A stretch of 55,923 nt of DNA, counting the filler, from Sphacelaria rigidula (lineage: Eukaryota), in the NCBI GenBank assembly GCA_964200075.2. It is 6 parts of 6 records of this genome, joined end to end, with 100 filler letters (N's around TTAATTAATTAA, not from the genome) between each part and the next. Parts side by side here need not be neighbours in the genome. Positions count along the whole stretch, not along the records: positions 18,677 to 27,914 come from CAXNAA020008959.1; positions 28,015 to 37,251 come from CAXNAA020008960.1; 4 more parts are not named here. One strand, written 5' to 3'. Below the pieces are notes generated by a model. That model had not been told where the DNA came from. It saw only the letters and a program-made list of their open reading frames with translations, and searched no databases. Shown here piece after piece: positions 24,650-35,695 of this stretch. Within the stretch, counting starts at the first letter, position 1. Each line of letters opens with the position of its first letter. The translations under genes were made by a program, and so were the position numbers.

Positions 24650-24975
24650 GCGCCCCGGTGGTGCAATGGTCCGACTGTCTGCCATTAGGGTGGAGAGGCC
24701 GAGGGTTCGATTCCCGATGCATTGTATTTTTTCTTCGCAATGTCTGACGTAATTGTGGAAAGCGTGAGAACGTGAAGAAACAATTCAGTCGACTGAGTTT
24801 GTTTGACGTGAGTTGACGCGGTACGGGAATGCTGATAGTCATGACCCAATCCGCGAGACCAAAATGCAAGGCGTGTACCGGAGAGAGATGGGTTGATCCC
24901 TCGAGACCACAGACACATCCTGAGGAAGGGGAGGGGTTGAAAAAAGTGCGAAAAATAAATGAAAAATAATAAATA
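24650..24975 (+). mobile_element. tRNA-Gly-headed SINE-like element, copy 2
   Basis: A box TGGTGCAATGG (24659-24669), ctGCCat, B box GGTTCGATTCCC (24704-24715), ~230-bp body, tail aaaataaatgaaaaataataaata. Confidence 0.8.
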
Positions 24976-26351
24976 CGAAAGGTAAATACTTGATAGCCCA
25001 TGCCGTACTTCTGCCGTAGTTGCCGCGACTTTCTGTCTGCCTTCTTTTGTTGTGAAGTCGCCACTTGTCGATTCACTGACTGGTCGTATGGAAGCGCTCC
25101 GCTATTTGAAGACAGTGACTTGTAAGGAGGCTCGATCGATGTCTGAAATATCGAGATGACATGTACAAGAGCGAGTGTGCGGCCTCCAAAATAGTGCCGA
25201 TTATGTTAGCAAGTTTTTTTTTCTTCTTTACAAGGAGGAACTAGGCGTAACTTTCTTTTTCACGTCTTCTTCAACGGTGGGTCGTTTCTGCATCACTCCG
25301 TGTCGGAATGCCAAGTCATACCGAACACCCACCCGCTCTTTCGTGCTCTTTGTGCGTAACCTTCTGCCTGTCGACTTCGTCTCTCACCGTGACGCGGCCG
25401 ATTGTTCAATTTGCCTGCGCCTAGGTCAAAATCACCACCTGCAAGAAGCCCACAGATGCGCAGTGCATTCGAAGACGAAATTCGCTGGAATCTCCTGCTT
25501 GTAATTTTTCCGTCGCTGCATAATGCATCTATCCTTATTATTATCAGGTCTCCATTTGGAATCTGCACAGCGTGGAAGGAGCATTCAGACATGACCATCG
25601 CATGCCGCCGCGAGCTTCAGACTTTGCCCGAGGGCTAGAGTCACCGGACGGTCGGAGGCCACCTCCAACATTCATCACCACCTACGGCGAGCACGTGTCC
25701 ATGTGAGATGAGATTCTAGTGTGTGTGTGTGCGCGCCCGTATGTGTGTATGTGTTTGTTCTCGTGTGTAGAGTATAGACTCTCGCGTGTGCTCGTAAGTG
25801 TGTTAATGTTTATGTGTATAGAGTATGGGCTCTCTCGTTTGCTTGCGGGTGTGCGTTGGCTACGGATCTGGCCTTGCTGCGCCATCCCCTGTCATTCCGA
25901 TTGAGCTACGGTATCATCACCTCCGCAAATCTGGACCAGTTGCGTTGATCTGACGTTGTTGGTCGCGGTGGAAATATCCGCTTCTCGACCCGCGAACACC
26001 CCTGGGAAGCGCGCCTCTATCGTGAAAGTTGTAATCGTGCCTCGAAGCGCTTGCCTCGCCAGGCATCATACCTCACCCCGCTATACACCGTCTTCGTTTT
26101 TTGCTGCAGGCTTGCGTTGAGATGTTCATGACAACTACCGTAACACCCCCCGAACACGCACTCCACAGTACCGATATACTCGTGACTATCCCCCTCAATG
26201 CATCTCAAGCGCTTGAGGAGCGCGTCCCGTCTCTCCTGCGAAAAGCTCGCTAGATTTCCCATGTGGACGTAACCTTAGTTACCTTGCCCTCCATTGATTA
26301 TGCTCTCCTTGCATCGCACGCCGCCTCTCGTCGTCTTGTCCGATTTTTCAG

Positions 26352-26610
26352 GTGGCAGGCATGGTCAGAGGAAGCTTACGAAGGATGGGGTTTGGAGACA
26401 AAAACGGGGCTGGGAACGGGGCTCCAGCGAAGCGGCAGTCTGAACGAAGATGCGCCCGTTGGAAATTCTACCCTGGGAGGGTTGTTCCGCCGACCGGGCG
26501 TAGTTTACCCTATTCATCCAGCAGGACACATGCGACTACCACGGCCAAAGCTCCCTTTCAAGGAAGCGGATGTCGAGGGGCGCGGCGGCAGCGTGAATTT
26601 TGTGGTGCAG
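26352..26610 (+). CDS. Internal exon, possible glycosyltransferase-like protein
   Basis: TTTTTCAG| (R)WQAWSEEAYEGWG..PGVVYPIHP..GSVNFVVQ |GTAAGA; splices in frame to 27128. Confidence 0.7.
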
Positions 26611-27127
26611 GTAAGACCTACTCCGGGGAAGTACACATCGGATTTTGTCGAGCTGTTTGTGCTGCGCCCCTCGCGCTGCTGTTTAAAGCGGATTTGATGC
26701 GTTTCGTTTGCTGTTCAGCCATGGTACCGAGCACCTCGATCCATACCCAGGCTACAAAAGCAGTGCCGAAAATAGTAGAATATTGATCACCGATGACACG
26801 ACTCTGCCCCGCCGCAGATCGGGCGAAGCCGCGAATGTAATCGTGTTCTACCTACCTCGCCATGCGTCACGCCCACTTGCGGACACGTGTGGTTGGTTCT
26901 GTATGGCTGTGTCGGTTGTCAGGATATCCGGCAGGATGTTCTGCGTGTGGCGAAACATTGTCAGGGGAAGCAGCGAAAAACGAGCACGTGAGAAATTCCT
27001 TCCGATCGCCACAACGATCCTACCCCGCCCGCGGCTCGGCCCCTTCTCTCTCTCTGGGACTACTCCCTCTTTTGTTCCCGGCTGTGATACTCGCTTTTTT
27101 GTGGCTGTGTTCTCGACTCTGCTGTAG

Positions 27128-27197
27128 GGCAACATGCTGAGCAATAAACGAGACTACAAGGCGTTGGTGCGCTGCTTGGAGAGCATGTGCTCGACCG
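27128..27197 (+). CDS. Internal exon, possible glycosyltransferase-like protein
   Basis: GTAG| GNMLSNKRDYKALVRCLESMCST |GTAAGT. The joined FVVQGNMLSNKRDYKALV resembles the start of a GT-B nucleotide-binding domain; this assignment is tentative. Confidence 0.7.
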
Positions 27198-27914
27198 GTA
27201 AGTCCTCTTGCGCTGGCGGTGAGGGTGCCACGGGATGCACCCAAAAGATATCTTGTTTGTGGAAACCAGGAATGGTTTTCGGTTTCGCTCCTTCATGTCT
27301 CGTGTACATCTGCTGGTGTGGAAAGCGTGCAGATTGTGGACACTGCGACGTGATGCTGTCATTTTTCGTGATTCTTGTCTAGTGGGCCACGGAGTCTGAC
27401 CAGAGGATCAGTAATTGGCTGCCGGAAGGTCCGTGCATGTCTCCGGCTGCGACATATTTGTCCGAGGGGAAAAAATAGGAATTCCTTTCAAAGCGTTCCC
27501 CCGACCATTTTCGGGACATGGTTCGAAGATTCACGTGCGTGTTGATTAACACTCATGGTATGAACACTCGGTTCGAATCTTTTCCGTTTTCGCCTCTGGG
27601 ATCGAGTCAAAACAGCTCGTTCTGCTGGTTGTACTGTTCATTACTCTCCATTTTGTTGGATGTTGAATAAATCTACCCAGAGAAGAAAATGGAAGAGGGA
27701 AGCTGCCACGTTCAGGCATGCCGGAGTACTTTTGGGGAGAATTGCAGGTACAGCTTCGGTAGCGATATTAATTGGCCCGAATGCGGTCATCGGATTGATC
27801 GAGACGGTAGAGTGCCTGATCGCGACCGTGAATCCGGTAGCTGTACTCCCCCCCCCCCCCCCTCCACACACACACACACTTGACTGCAGTGTTTGCTCCG
27901 TCCGAAAGGGATGC

Positions 27915-28014
27915 NNNNNNNNNNNNNNNNNNNNNNNNNNNNNNNNNNNNNNNNNNNNTTAATTAATTAANNNNNNNNNNNNNNNNNNNNNNNNNNNNNN
28001 NNNNNNNNNNNNNN
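27915..28014. other. Artificial contig spacer
   Basis: Same 100-bp structure. Confidence 0.97.
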
Positions 28015-28230
28015 CCCCTCCCCGCCCTCCTAGTCGCATGGGGTACCGCGTACTCGGAGGTAAACGGACCAAGATATGAATCTAGTAGATACAACACACC
28101 CCAGTTTGGCAAGAGCAATACATCCAACCGGGATGGAGTAGTTGAGAACGTGAATACAGCGTCTAAACAGGGCCCATGTCGTCGCGTTTCTCGTGTCCCC
28201 CTCTCTCTCCTTCTGACCACTGCCGTTCAG

Positions 28231-28494
28231 GCCCAGAATAAAGCTGCTTGGAAGACGAAACGGGGCTTCGTCTGGCCGTGTCCTCGCACGCGTCAGGAAC
28301 TCATTACCCACCCCAACAAGCCCAGCGAGAGTCGCATCGACACGCTTCGCGAGCCATGGATCGAAAACGAGTTGACCGGAGGAAGGGGCGATGAAGAGCC
28401 GGCGACACAGGAAGGGCCACCGCGAGAGCTGACATGGAGGCGGAAATTCGACACAGTACCCTCGAATGGAAAGGCGATCTTCGGTGGACTGAAG
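28231..28494 (+). CDS. CFAP92/KIAA1257-like ciliary protein, C-terminal region exon
   Basis: TTCAG| AQNKAAWKTKRGFVWPCPR..HPNKPSESRIDTLREPWIENEL..GGLK |GTGTGA. Exon structure is clear; the family call is from recalled similarity only. Confidence 0.75.
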
Positions 28495-28777
28495 GTGTGA
28501 ATCCAGCAGGGGAGATGAAGTAGCGCGGGATCTTGAAGATTGTCAAACGCTGCACCCCCATGCCGATGGCTGCAACGCGGAGAGCGTGTTTTAAGTATTT
28601 CGTGCAAGTATCGTCGACGACAGCGTTCAAACAGATAGGTGAACAGTGTCACCGCTCAACGGAACAATAAAGTGAGTTGTAGAACTGCGCGTCATTCCCC
28701 GTCTCCGTTCCACCATTACGTGCCATTCCTTCCCTCCGTCGCATTCCCCGCCCCGTACACACTCCGGGATCATGCAG

Positions 28778-28960
28778 CTTCCAAAATATTTCCGCAAGCT
28801 AGACACTCGGTCAATTGGGAGCCGATCACGCTTGCCGAGGGGGCGTCAGCAGCTCGAAAAGAACCCGGAGTTCTTCCGAAGCGTTCATCTGGTGGGGGAG
28901 GGTTTGGCAAAGGAGAAGGAGGAAGCAAAGCGTAGATCAGAAGAAATATGGAGAAGCAAG
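28778..28960 (+). CDS. CFAP92-like protein, penultimate exon
   Basis: TGCAG| LPKYFRK..FFRSVHLVGEGLAKEKEEAKRRSEEIWRSK |GTAATC; phase 0/0. Confidence 0.75.
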
Positions 28961-29232
28961 GTAATCAGGGTTGACGTTGATCAGACCTTTTCTCGAGCAA
29001 AACAAATATCCACGCTCGCACTCTCAAGTGGGATTCAGCTTTTCGAGCGCGCGCGGTGCCCTTGGCGGCGGAAACTCAGGCACTCCAGCGTTTCGATATT
29101 TCTGTCGTCAAGCACACATACGTCGCGGGCCTTTCCCCTTGCCATGCCATGCTGAATTAGTCCTGACTGCGTGCCCTCTGCGCCCCACGAAAACGACACG
29201 CGTGCTTCGTCTCGTCATCAAACTTCTCGCAG

Positions 29233-29652
29233 GTGGTAGTGGACGATATAGACTTCCGAGTAGGGAACTTCAACACTCGCGACTGCCCTCTACAAACAGA
29301 TCGCGCTAAGGACATCCTCCATTCTCCCGTGAAGAAGACAGCCTTCAAGATTGTCCGAAACGCGCGCCTGCCCAGTGGCAAGCAAGCCCCGCTGCGCCCC
29401 CCGCCCATATCGGCGTTCAGCTCAGAGCCATATTCAGAGCCTGAAGATTTCACACCTTCTATCCGAGCAAACCATAAAGAGCGTTGGGCCGCCTCAGACC
29501 CCTCAACCGGAGAGAAGCAGGACTTTTACCTGCGATTACATCCAGATCGAATGAAGCCAGGATCCCAGAAAGTCTGCGCGCGATTAAAGCACCCGCCGAT
29601 GACCGAGTCGGAGATGCGCGGCCCGCGGTGGGAAACTGGCCACGAGCGCTAG
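29233..29652 (+). CDS. CFAP92-like protein, last exon
   Basis: CGCAG| VVVDDIDFRVGNF..QTDRAKDILHSPVKK.. to TAG at 29650-29652. Confidence 0.75.
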   Translation: MVVDDIDFRVGNFNTRDCPLQTDRAKDILHSPVKKTAFKIVRNARLPSGKQAPLRPPPISAFSSEPYSEPEDFTPSIRANHKERWAASDPSTGEKQDFYLRLHPDRMKPGSQKVCARLKHPPMTESEMRGPRWETGHER

Positions 29653-30939
29653 CGTGGTCGATCCGTAGCGTGAAGGATGTTTTTTTATTACTGCGTTGTG
29701 CGGTGGAGTAGTCCGTAGTCCAGATCTGGGAAAAGCTGAGTACGATTTTCAAGAGCCAACTTTCGTCTGCTTCAGTGCGCCAAAGCTGCGAACGCAACCC
29801 TGCAAAGCTCTCGGGGTAGGCACTGAAAGTTGTCGGGTTCAAAAAGCCCTCACACGTGTATGCATGAGAGGAAAGCCATGTGTGACGAAGTGTGCTTCGA
29901 GTGGGTTGTGCTGCACATACCGTACAAGCCGTGGGTCCGCTATCGTTAGCGGAATACCTCCTTCGTCCAAGAGGATACTATGGTATAGTTTGGGACAGCA
30001 ATCATCTTTAATTTCTTCTTTCTGAACGAGTTTCTGAGGGCCTGTATATTTGTCTGGCTTGGACCTAGAACACTTCACTGCATTCCACTAAACCCAACGC
30101 GTGCGCGAGCGGCGCAAATAATTAGGTGGTGAGAAAATCTTCCAATTTTGGTGCGTCGGCCGGTAAGAAAGCACAATAAAGGAGAGTTGTTCTGCGTTGA
30201 ACGTTTCGAATGGTGATAGTTCGAAGCACTCAATAACCCATCGCGGGGGCGTTAGGTTATCTTTCATGAAGGCGAAGTGTTCTTTTCACTGCCTGAGGCA
30301 CTGAAGCTGCGAGATATTTGTGCCACTTACTGAATGAGATTCTTGTGCCACTTACGTCTTTGTGCTCCGCTCATGCTTGCGTTTGGGTGGGGTGAACGCT
30401 GGGAACAACTGAGGTCCACCCTCCCTCAAAGCCAATAATCATTCCAAACATACAATCATGAGAACAATCGGAGATCACTGTCGCGTCACACAAACTTCTC
30501 TTTACTCATTGGAAAGCAGAAAAGGTATCTAACCATGGGCTGGGCCATTCACGGGTGACTGACGCCAACTGTACCATATCCTCGTTTTCAGTGCGTCTAC
30601 GTCTTGCCTCTGTTGATCACATCTATAGTTTCTACCTCACCCCCCGCCCAGATCGGTAGTCGCACCTGTACTACCGCGTGTGTACATCTCAGACCGAGAA
30701 ATTGGGTACGCGACAGGGTATTCTCATGTGGCTGGATCATGCTACTTTAGGTAAGGTCGACCTGTGCTATGTGTGTATGAAATCGAACCTGAGTTCATAC
30801 AAAAAAAATAGGGAACTATACGCGTCAAAGGTACGCATCCCTTCGGCGCTCTGGCGGGCTTTTTTGGTTCACCCTTGCACGGCCTTGACCGGTCGCTGAA
30901 CCGCTACAGCGAGCGGAAAATACTTCACATCTTGGACAA

Positions 30940-31080
30940 TATATGATCAATAGATGCAATAGACGAGAAGTGTACTGCATAAAGTATAGGCCTATTGCAA
31001 CTACTGCCGGCCGACAATAGTCATAATAGACCTATACTCTATGCAGTACGTTTCTTGTCTATTGCAACTATTGACCATAA
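30940..31080. repeat. Imperfect ~140-bp palindrome (MITE remnant)
   Basis: tcaatagatgcaatagacgagaagtgtactgcataaagtataggcctatt / aatagacctatactctatgcagtacgtttcttgtctattgcaactattga, centred on gccggc. Confidence 0.8.
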
Positions 31081-33730
31081 GTCCACGGTGGAAAATATTT
31101 TGAAACGTGGCCCATGAGCTGCAGAAATGCGGTCAAGGAGAAACGACCGTCAGAATGGTGAAAGTTATCCTCCTTTACCCTCATAAAGATGCAGACGCCG
31201 CTGGGGCAGAGTCCTGGTGGTTCTGTGGTCAGGTATGACGTTACGAGAACCCGGAACTCGATTCTAAGTTGGTAGTTAGTTTTTAGCTATGAAGAGAGAA
31301 GCAGCCCCGTGAAAGGGTGTATGCATCAAAGGGGAGGCTTTAGTGCCATCTGCAATGGTGATATGAAGATGCTTTTTTGTCCACGACGAGCACTGTCCTG
31401 CCATGGCTACATCACCGTACAAAACATAACCCTGTAGACAGCATAGCCAGTAATACTTGAAATAGTTTGATAATAGGCAGGCGAAACAGTAATCGGTATG
31501 CAGTCAACCGAACGTGTGTATTATTTCGTAAATCAATACTATTTTTCTTCTGATGTGCAAAAGAGTGTTTTGCCCGCTGCGGACTCGTTCGGAAACTGTC
31601 GCCTTTCATAGCTACCCTCTACATCGAACATCTCGTTCTAAATTTATTTGAACAACGTTTTCGTGAGATTAAGAGTAGAGCACTGATTGAGAGTGGCTTT
31701 GATCAGTCGCTTCAACTTAGTCATTTCTTCATCCCGTGTGTGCTTTTCTCTGCCTCTATCACTAGCGTGTGCCTACAACTACACGTCGATATCCTACTCA
31801 GGGACATCAAGGGCCTCAGTGGCAAGCTACTACAGGAAGCATATTGAGCCTCGTGGAGGGGCACTTCGGAAGCGAAACGTATCGTTCACTAATAGACCGA
31901 TTTTAACTCTCAATCGTATCCTCTACTCTCAATCTCACGAAAACATTTTTTTTAGCGTTTCACCGACAGACTTATAGAGGCCACCTTTCACCTTCGTCGC
32001 CGGCCAGCGGTGAGGTTTTTTCACCCCACTTCCTTTCATATTCCTGGGTTCTCCTACTTTCGAAAGAGGTTTTGGTAATACAATGGTGCGGAATGTGTGC
32101 TCAAGTTACGTTTAATCCCCCGCATTTTTTACGATCTGTTGATGCTCTTCGAGTGACCTTTCCGCAGTGATCGAAGTTGGCTTTGAACTTGAAACTTTCC
32201 GACGTGATGGGTATTCTACCGTCCACACCAGTATGTAAAAGATGGTCTGTCCTCTGCAGATAGCTCGTCGAAATTGTTTCCTTTCACAAGTGTTCTCCAC
32301 GTCCAGACCTGAACTCCTCATGAGAAATAAACCTCGGGTAGAGCCTCCTGCTCTAGTTAACGAGAACATTGAATGATCTGTAAAAAAAAAGGGCGAGCGT
32401 TTTCCTATTGCAACTAAGCATCCATAAGCATCCATAACCACTGGCATATTTGCAACTTAACTGGTCGTGCTGCTTTTATGATCCCAAACGGGTCTGAATG
32501 GCGTCTCCTCTCTTGGCGAATACACGTACATCTCGGGTGCATTTACTTGCCGTGCCCGGTTATTTTTCTTCTTTCTGCGGATATGGCGTGTGTAGTACGA
32601 CACAGTGGTATCAAGTGCAGAGTAGCGGGGCTGTCTATCAATCTGCGATTCACTGCCTATTTTACATTGACGTGGGATATTGAGACAGACTCAGCTTCTA
32701 GGAGGGTAGAGCAATGGAACATTGTGTGTGCTGTGTTATCCCCTGACCGTATACTCACGCATTCATTGAGTGGTTGTCAATCGATTGATTGTTCTCAAGA
32801 GTAGCTGGTGCACAACAGAACAAATCCAGCTGTCATCACAATATGGACGTCCCCACTCTAATAAAACGGATACACTCGCCGAGGGAAACCTGAAGAGAAG
32901 AAGGGCAAGGAGAAAACAGAATAACCACGAACAGTGGAACCAAAGTATATACTGGCAGAGACACCAAGCCGCGAACGGTTCGGTAACACCACCGAGCGGC
33001 CTCCGCCAAGGGCTCCAGAGGGGCGGCGGTCCGAAGGAGGCAAGATCACGAGAGCAGGTTGCGACTCAGCTATATAGGGACCGCACAATTATGGACAGGA
33101 GCCCTGGAACGTATTCTGAAGAAAGGAGTGGAGTAATGCTACGGTAGTGGTGCACGTTTCAACCCAAAGGGTTCCTGAGGCTGCGCACTATGGCCCAGGA
33201 ATTTGTCATCGCGCGGCTCCTACAGCAAAGAGCCCCAGAAAGAAAAAGTGCACCCCCATCATAGTATTGCGCAGAGACACACCCTAATACTGTGGCATGG
33301 GAACAATCAAAGAAAAATAGCACACCTGAATAAAACAGAGAAAAGGCAGAGCTACAAGTCAGAGAGCCGATCGAACAGGATAGACGTAACCAAATCCCGT
33401 TCGCCCTTCCCCATCTTATGAGGGCACTAAACGAATGTGAGATGAATTCGTTTGGTTCATTAGATAGAAGCGAGAAAATAATGGCTATACCAGGGGATAG
33501 ATCGTGACGAAAGAAGGCGAAACAGAAAGGGGGTAAGATACGTGAGAAACTTATATTGTGTAATGCATGAAAACGTCATGAGCGCCCAAATGTTGGAGGT
33601 GCCTTTATCGGGAGTATAAACGGTGCTCCGTTTCAAAAGGGATACGCCTTCAATGGGCAAATGACTGATGCAAGCGACAAATGAGTACGCGCCCCCCCGA
33701 CACCATCACTACGACGATCACCACCATCTT

Positions 33731-34200
33731 AAACACGCCACTCACTGGGTAAGCTAGGCAACCAGGTTGCCAGAGTTTCTTTCGCTTGCGTTTTTTTGCG
33801 GTAACCATGATGGTGATTGAGCTAGATCATTGTGTGCGGGGTGAATAATCTCAACTCCGCGCACAGGGAATAATCGTAACACCGAGCGTTTACATGGTGA
33901 GACACCCATGAGGCGGTGTAACTCGTGCCTTTCTCTGAAAGTGGCGATACCAGAAAATGAAGCAACCTAGTCGAGGCTGTCATCCATACGCGAGGTAATT
34001 AGTACGCCTCGGGTCGAACGATCTCAGCAGGATACAGAGCACCCGTCATGCGACTCGACAAACACATCACGGCGCTTCGCGCTTGGTGCTTGCAATGCCT
34101 GGTCCGGCGAAAGCCCGGCGTGCTCCGTCCCGGCCTTGTAGGGATGCGAGGTCGATGGTCGTATGACTATGGCATGCAAGATAATGAGTACACCCCCCCA
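33731..34200 (+). repeat. Repeat family A, near full-length copy
   Basis: aaacacgccactcactgggtaagctaggcaaccagg ... atgagtacacccccccc; colinear with 37354-37836 and 41178-41669. Confidence 0.92.
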
Positions 34201-34292
34201 CCACCACCATCTCAACCCCATCTCAGCCCCAGTCAGGGATAGAGTAATTCACCACCTCGGGTGATTGAATCTTGATTTTCTCGCGGACTGCA

Positions 34293-34293
34293 G

Positions 34294-34345
<52 letters not shown>

Positions 34346-34349
34346 CGTT
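34293..34349. repeat. (GTT)n microsatellite
   Basis: About 17 perfect GTT units. Confidence 0.95.
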
Positions 34350-35169
34350 CCTCTTGTTCTTGTTGTGCCAACGGTAGCAGCACTCCCTCAGCACCTCTCA
34401 GAGCAGTGGCCTCTCGCTTGGGACATTGATTCGATCAGCGGAACAATTCTCGTTGTCATACTCCCTGGAACTCCCCCGTCCCCCTCTTGGTTTGCCGACG
34501 TCATTTGCCTACGTTCTTATCGGCAGTGACCCAACCCTCCGAGCCAACCGATTCCTTCGTTCTTCCTTACGTGGAATACGCACTTTAAAGCGCGCAGATT
34601 CTCCTCAAGGCGGTGACCCCGGGTCCCTCGGGATTGGACAGCTAACTCGGGTTACGGTTCTATGAGAGTTATAGCCTGAAATAGCCATGCCTACCTACAC
34701 GGAAGTAACCTGGACTCAGATGCATAGATAAGCATGAATACATATACACTAAGCGTGAGCCAGATGCCCAGTAAAGCCAGACAGTCAACACTTGCAGTTT
34801 TTCTGGAAATTCACCACCTCGGCATATTTGGCCACTACATGCTAAGTATGCATTGTAGTTCTCCACGACGACACTGATTTTTGGCCTGTAATTTGATATC
34901 GACACGGTGTTGCCGTCTGAGAATAGCAGGCTCAGATTCGATTATTGTCGCTGAAGGGTTGTACGATAGCGGTGGTTTATGATGCTGTAGAGCGACGGGA
35001 GTGATAGTTCTTCAAAGAGTAGTGCATAATGCACGTGAAAACCAAGTGCTGTAACATGCATAGATCGAGCAAGGATTGATACTGAGCAAGGAGCATTTTG
35101 ATGCGTTTCGAATGCGTCCAACGCTGCGTAAAAGTATATCAAATGTACGAAGGTATCGTGCAATTCACG

Positions 35170-35695
35170 GCAACTTTTCACACGTCGGACAACTCATGAG
35201 CTGCCTGATATAGCTAATCGAAGAAGACTTTCAGATCCCCTGTCTAATAACACAAAGTACCTAACACCAGGGCGCGAGAAGCCAAAGCGCTACCTTTCAC
35301 ACCTCGGACAGCTGATGAACTACCTCGATATTACTTTTTATTCGAGTACTGATTCGGATCATGAGCTAGAGCTACAGTAGTAGCTCATTTGGTCACTATT
35401 CCCGTATTAGCAGTAGTGTAACTAACGCTTTAGCTTCTCGGACACTGCTGTCACGTGTTTTGTGATGTTGAACATTGGATCTGAAAAATCTCTTCGATCA
35501 GTTATTTCCGGTAGTTCATGAGCTAGCTGTCCCACGTGTGCTACCTTTGCGCTTCGCCGCGTGCTCAGTGTTCAGTGCTGTATGGAGGAAATTTGGAAAA
35601 AGGGCCAAACGAAGCTAGCTCATGATCCGGATCAGCACACTAATAAGAAGGAATTTTCAGGAAGCTCATGAGCTGTCCGACATGTGCAACTTTTA
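35170..35695. mobile_element. Degenerate foldback/MITE
   Basis: cacgtcggacaactcatgagct / agctcatgagctgtccgacatgtg and tgattcggatcatgagctag / ctagctcatgatccggatca, with repeated internal motifs. Confidence 0.65.

Noticed and set aside
24650..24725. Functional tRNA-Gly gene
   Set aside because: No proper acceptor or anticodon stem pairing, and it is embedded in a repeated ~325-bp unit with an A-rich tail.
17904..29652. One long gene joining the ankyrin, contig-3 and CFAP92-like exons (all on +)
   Set aside because: They lie on three different contigs separated by artificial spacers.
34272..34529. Poly-Val ORF
   Set aside because: Translation of a (GTT)n microsatellite.
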